DNA of 64,000 nucleotides from Gaiellales bacterium (GTDB lineage Bacteria; Actinomycetota; Thermoleophilia; BMS3ABIN01): NCBI GenBank assembly GCA_003599855.1, contig QZKG01000022.1, positions 29,927 to 93,926 of the forward strand, read 5' to 3'. Shown piece by piece: positions 60,432 to 64,000 of this stretch (position 1 is its first letter; each line of letters starts with the position of its first letter). The notes under the pieces were generated by a model. It saw only the letters and a program-made list of their open reading frames with translations, ran no database searches and was not told where the DNA came from. The position numbers and the translations under genes were made by a program.

Positions 60432-61346
60432 CTACACCCACTCCAGGTAATGTGAATATCTTTCGTTCTCTGCCTTGATGATGCTATAGAAGATGTCCTG
60501 CACCTTGCGGGTTATCGGACCCGGCTCGCCCACCAGGCGGTCGTCGATCTCCCGCACCGGGACGATCTCCGCGGCAGTGCCGGTCAGGAACACCTCGTCG
60601 GCGTTGTAGAGCTCCGAGCGCACCATCACCTTCTCGTCCATGGGGATGCCCTCGTCCCGCGCGATGGCGAAGACCGTATCGCGGGTGAACCCCTCCAGCA
60701 CGTCGCAGGCCAGCGGCGGCGTGTGGATCGCGCCGTCCTTGACGACGAAGAGGTTCTCGCCGGTGCCCTCGGAAAGCTTGCCGTTATGGTCCAGCAGGAT
60801 CGCCTCCTCGTAGCCGCCCTTGACCGCTTCGACCTTGGCCAGCACCGAGTTGATGTACTGACCGGTGGCCTTGCCGGCCATGGGCAGCATGTTGGGGCCG
60901 ATGCGCTGGAAAGAAGCGATCTTCGCCCGGATCCCGTGCTTGATCCCGTCGTCACCAAGATAAGTCCCCCAGGGCCAGGCGGCGATGGCGACGTCGATGG
61001 GCGCCTCAAGCGAGAAGAGCCCCATCTCGCCGTAGCCGCGGAAAGCGATGGGCCGCACATAGCAGCTCTCCAGGCCATTGGCCCTGATGACGTCCTTGGT
61101 AGCCTGAACCAGCTCGTCCACCGTATAGGGGATGTTCATGAAGTAGAGCCGGCCGGAGCGGTGCAGTCGGCGCATGTGGTCGGTCAGGCGGAAGACGTGG
61201 GTGCCCTTCTTCGTGTCGTAAGCCCGGATGCCCTCGAACACGCCGGTGCCGTAGTGCAGGGCATGGGAAAGGACGTGGACCTGCGCGTCCTTCCAGTCCA
61301 CCAGTTCGCCGTTCATCCAGATCTTTTCGACTTCAGGTATCGGCAT
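60432..61346 (-). CDS. ilvE: Branched-chain amino acid aminotransferase
   Basis: Class IV aminotransferase (EGIRAY...; PLP Lys region). ATG 61346 with AGGAGGAAAGGAG SD. Confidence 0.9.
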   Translation of the reverse strand: MPIPEVEKIWMNGELVDWKDAQVHVLSHALHYGTGVFEGIRAYDTKKGTHVFRLTDHMRRLHRSGRLYFMNIPYTVDELVQATKDVIRANGLESCYVRPIAFRGYGEMGLFSLEAPIDVAIAAWPWGTYLGDDGIKHGIRAKIASFQRIGPNMLPMAGKATGQYINSVLAKVEAVKGGYEEAILLDHNGKLSEGTGENLFVVKDGAIHTPPLACDVLEGFTRDTVFAIARDEGIPMDEKVMVRSELYNADEVFLTGTAAEIVPVREIDDRLVGEPGPITRKVQDIFYSIIKAENERYSHYLEWV

Positions 61347-61405
61347 AACGCTCCTTTCCTCCTGCCAAGCGGGCACTTCACGCAGCCCGCGGATGGTCTT
61401 GTCTG

Positions 61406-62464
61406 TCATTCACCCCGGACGTGATCGGCGACCAGGTCGCCGATCTCGGTAGTCGAGTAACCGGTCTTGCCCACCGCCAGGCTCTCCAGCTTCTCCGCGG
61501 TCACATAGCCGATGGCCGCGTCGATGGCGGCGGCGGCTTCGTCCTCGCCCAGCACCTCCAGCATCATCCCGGCGGCGCCGATGGCCGCCAGCGGGTTGAT
61601 GACGTTCTGGCCGGTGTACTTTGGCGCCGAACCGCCGATGGGCTCGAACATCGAGACCCCTTCTGGGTTGATGTTGCCGCCCGCGGCGATGCCCATGCCG
61701 CCCTGGATCATCGCCCCCAGGTCGGTGATGATGTCACCGAACATGTTGTCGGTGACGATGACGTCGAACCATTCCGGGTTCTTCACGAACCACATGCAGA
61801 TGGCGTCTACGTGGGCATAATCGGTGCTGATGTCCTCGTATTCCTTGGCGACGTCGTCGAAGGCCCGCTGCCACATGTCGTGGGCATAGTTGAGCACGTT
61901 GGTCTTGCCGCAGAGCGTCAGGTTGTTCTCCTTGCCGCGCTTGCGGCAGTACTCGAAAGCATAGCGGATGCACCGTTCGGCGCCCTTGCGGGTGTTGATG
62001 CTCTCCTGGATGGCCACCTCGTCCGGGGTCCCCTGCTTGAGGAAGCCGCCGGCGCCCACATAGAGGCCCTCGGTGTTCTCACGCACGACGACGAAATCGA
62101 TGTCAGCCGGGCCCTTGTCCTTCACCGGGGTCTCCACGCCTGGGTAGAGCTTCACCGGGCGCAGGTTGATGTACTGGTCCAGGGCGAAGCGCGCCTTGAG
62201 CAGGATCTCCCGCTCGAGGATGCCCGGCTTCACGTCCGGGTGGCCGATGGCGCCCAGGAATATCGCGTCGTGCTCCCTCAACTCGTCGATGGCGCTGTCA
62301 GGCAGCGTCTCGCCGGTCCTGAGATAACGGTCGCCGCCGAAATCGTAATCGGTGGTCTCGTACTTGAAGCCGAACCGCTCGGCTGCCGCCGCGAGGACCT
62401 TGAGCCCCTCTTCCACTACCTCAGGCCCGGTGCCGTCACCTGGCATCACAGCTATCTTGTGCAT
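61406..62464 (-). CDS. leuB: 3-isopropylmalate dehydrogenase
   Basis: IAVMPGDGTGPEV...NMFGDIITD signature. Confidence 0.95.
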   Translation of the reverse strand: MHKIAVMPGDGTGPEVVEEGLKVLAAAAERFGFKYETTDYDFGGDRYLRTGETLPDSAIDELREHDAIFLGAIGHPDVKPGILEREILLKARFALDQYINLRPVKLYPGVETPVKDKGPADIDFVVVRENTEGLYVGAGGFLKQGTPDEVAIQESINTRKGAERCIRYAFEYCRKRGKENNLTLCGKTNVLNYAHDMWQRAFDDVAKEYEDISTDYAHVDAICMWFVKNPEWFDVIVTDNMFGDIITDLGAMIQGGMGIAAGGNINPEGVSMFEPIGGSAPKYTGQNVINPLAAIGAAGMMLEVLGEDEAAAAIDAAIGYVTAEKLESLAVGKTGYSTTEIGDLVADHVRGE

Positions 62465-62537
62465 CGATCCTCCACTCCTGATTCAATCGTTATCATCGTT
62501 TTCACTCTTACAGTCGTCCCCCACGCCACGTCCTGGC

Positions 62538-63038
62538 TCACTTCAGCTGCTCCCGGACGTGGTTCATCAGCCCGCCGGCGGCAACGATCTCCTGCATGAA
62601 CTCGGGGAAGCGCTCCGCCTGGAAGCTCTTGCCGCTGGTCAGGTCCGTCACCACGCCCTGCTCCATGTCCACCCGTACGGTATCGCCGGTGTCAATCTCC
62701 TCAGACGCCCCCGGACAGACCAGGATCGGCAGCCCGATGTTGATGGCGTTGCGGAAGAAGATCCGCGCGAACGACGAAGCGACCACGCAGGCGACGCCCG
62801 CCGCCTTGATCGCCACCGGCGCCTGCTCCCGCGACGAACCGCAGCCGAAGTTCTCGCCGGCGACGATGATGTCGCCCGGCTGGACCCGCTGGGCGAAGTC
62901 GCCGTCGATGTCCATCATGCAGTAACCCGCGAGCTCGTCCGGGTCGGTGGTGTTGAGATAGCGCGCCGGGATGATGACGTCCGTATCGACGTCGCGCCCG
63001 TAGGTGTGCGCCGTGCCCTCGAATACCATTCCGCTCAT
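62538..63038 (-). CDS. leuD: 3-isopropylmalate dehydratase small subunit
   Basis: [28 protein letters not shown]...; ATG 63038. Confidence 0.9.
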   Translation of the reverse strand: MSGMVFEGTAHTYGRDVDTDVIIPARYLNTTDPDELAGYCMMDIDGDFAQRVQPGDIIVAGENFGCGSSREQAPVAIKAAGVACVVASSFARIFFRNAINIGLPILVCPGASEEIDTGDTVRVDMEQGVVTDLTSGKSFQAERFPEFMQEIVAAGGLMNHVREQLK

Positions 63039-64000
63039 GCCGTCACCTCCTCCGGGACCGCGATGCGCCCCGCGACAGCGGTGGCGGCGGCCACATAGGG
63101 GCCGGCCAGGTATACCTCGCTGCGGGTATGGCCCATGCGGCCGACGAAATTCCTGTTGGTGGTGGCGACGCAGCGCTCGCCCTCGGCCAGGATGCCCATG
63201 TGGCCGCCCAGGCAGGGACCACAGGTGGGCGTGCTCACCGCCGCCTCGGCTTCGATGAAGATGTCCACCAGGCCTTCCCTGACCGCCTGACGGTAGACCG
63301 CCTGGCTGCCCGGGATGACTATCGTCCTGACGTCCGGGTGCGCCTTGCGCCCCCTGAGCACATCGGCGGCCATGCGCAGGTCTTCTATGCGGCCGTTGGT
63401 GCACGACCCGATGACGACCTGGTCGACCACGGTATCCGCCAGCTCCTCGGCGGCCACCGAGTTGGACGGCAGGTGCGGCCGTGCCACCTGCGGCTTTATC
63501 CCGGCCACGTCGATGTCATGGACGACGGCATAGTCCGCGTCCGCGTCGCTCTGTACGTAGGCGGCCTCGCGCCCGAAGCGGCCCTCGACGTATTCCCTCG
63601 TGACCGCGTCCGGCTCGACGATGCCGTTCTTGGCGCCTGCCTCGATGGCCATGTTGCACATGGTGAAGCGGCCATCCATCGACAGGCTGCTGATCGCCTC
63701 GCCGCCGAACTCCATGGCCGAATAGAGCGCGCCGTCCACCCCGATCATCCCGATCGTGTACAGGATGTAATCCTTGCCGGTGACATACCGGCCGGGCTCG
63801 CCGTGATAATTGAAACGGATCGTCTCGGGCACCCTCAGCCATACCTCGCCGGTAGCCATGCCGGCGGCCAGGTCGGTGCTGCCGACCCCGGTGGCGAACG
63901 CTCCCAGCGCCCCGTAGGTGCAGGTATGGGAATCAGCGCCGATGACCACGTCGCCGGGTCCGACCAGGCCCTGCTCCGGCAGGATGACATGCTCGATCCC
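63035..64000 (-). CDS. leuC: 3-isopropylmalate dehydratase large subunit (C-terminal part; N-terminus beyond window end)
   Basis: Aconitase-family Cys-cluster region ([19 protein letters not shown]). The frame stays open to 64000. Confidence 0.9.
   Translation of the reverse strand, partial: GIEHVILPEQGLVGPGDVVIGADSHTCTYGALGAFATGVGSTDLAAGMATGEVWLRVPETIRFNYHGEPGRYVTGKDYILYTIGMIGVDGALYSAMEFGGEAISSLSMDGRFTMCNMAIEAGAKNGIVEPDAVTREYVEGRFGREAAYVQSDADADYAVVHDIDVAGIKPQVARPHLPSNSVAAEELADTVVDQVVIGSCTNGRIEDLRMAADVLRGRKAHPDVRTIVIPGSQAVYRQAVREGLVDIFIEAEAAVSTPTCGPCLGGHMGILAEGERCVATTNRNFVGRMGHTRSEVYLAGPYVAAATAVAGRIAVPEEVTA

Noticed and set aside
58136-60478. 780-aa plus-strand ORF.
   Set aside because: Antisense of the FAH and cimA/leuA genes. 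No motifs.

Overview
This is a high-GC (~65%) bacterial chromosomal segment, dense with housekeeping genes on both strands.

Gene content, in order:
- A >2,070-aa TPR-repeat protein on the minus strand runs off the window start (1..6238). It carries a central acidic tandem-repeat linker.
- msrA, yajQ and a MacB/FtsX-type ABC pair follow. Then come a PQQ-type sugar dehydrogenase, a SAM methyltransferase, an XRE regulator, trpF-trpB-trpA, an L,D-transpeptidase and a PP-loop ATPase.
- At 19027..19374 an ArsD-like thioredoxin-fold gene has an in-frame TGA in its Cys motif plus a downstream hairpin, making it a selenoprotein candidate.
- An M50 protease and an 893-aa DHH-CBS-CCA/poly(A)-polymerase fusion come next, followed by glnS and tRNA-Gln(CUG).
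- The ~5.7 kb after tRNA-Gln looks like an acquired, decaying island:
  - a RhuM/Fic-Doc gene with a single in-frame TAA;
  - an IS3-family remnant whose orfB is cut by a palindrome-rich MITE-like cluster;
  - an AT-rich small membrane gene;
  - a ~1,060-aa secreted beta-propeller/FN3 protein with a poly-G(9) tract at its 5' end and an in-frame TAG.
- Downstream are pfkA and the rsmD-coaD-yceD-rpmF cluster, then recG and rpmB, and two tandem DUF5684-like membrane paralogs.
- An FMN riboswitch controls the ribD-ribE-ribBA-ribH operon.
- rpe, hup and tldD/pmbA follow, then a MoxR-DUF58-transglutaminase triad with a convergent Roadblock/LC7 gene, then dnaE.
- A leuC(partial)-leuD-leuB-ilvE-cimA/leuA-FAH operon closes the window.

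The points most worth follow-up are the UGA-containing ArsD-like gene, the tRNA-Gln island with three different in-frame stops, and a modular family of structured intergenic repeats. Copies of that repeat family sit at the glnS 5' end, flanking tRNA-Gln/fic, upstream of rsmD and between yceD and rpmF. Many plus-strand ORFs in the supplied track are antisense shadows of minus-strand genes and were not called.
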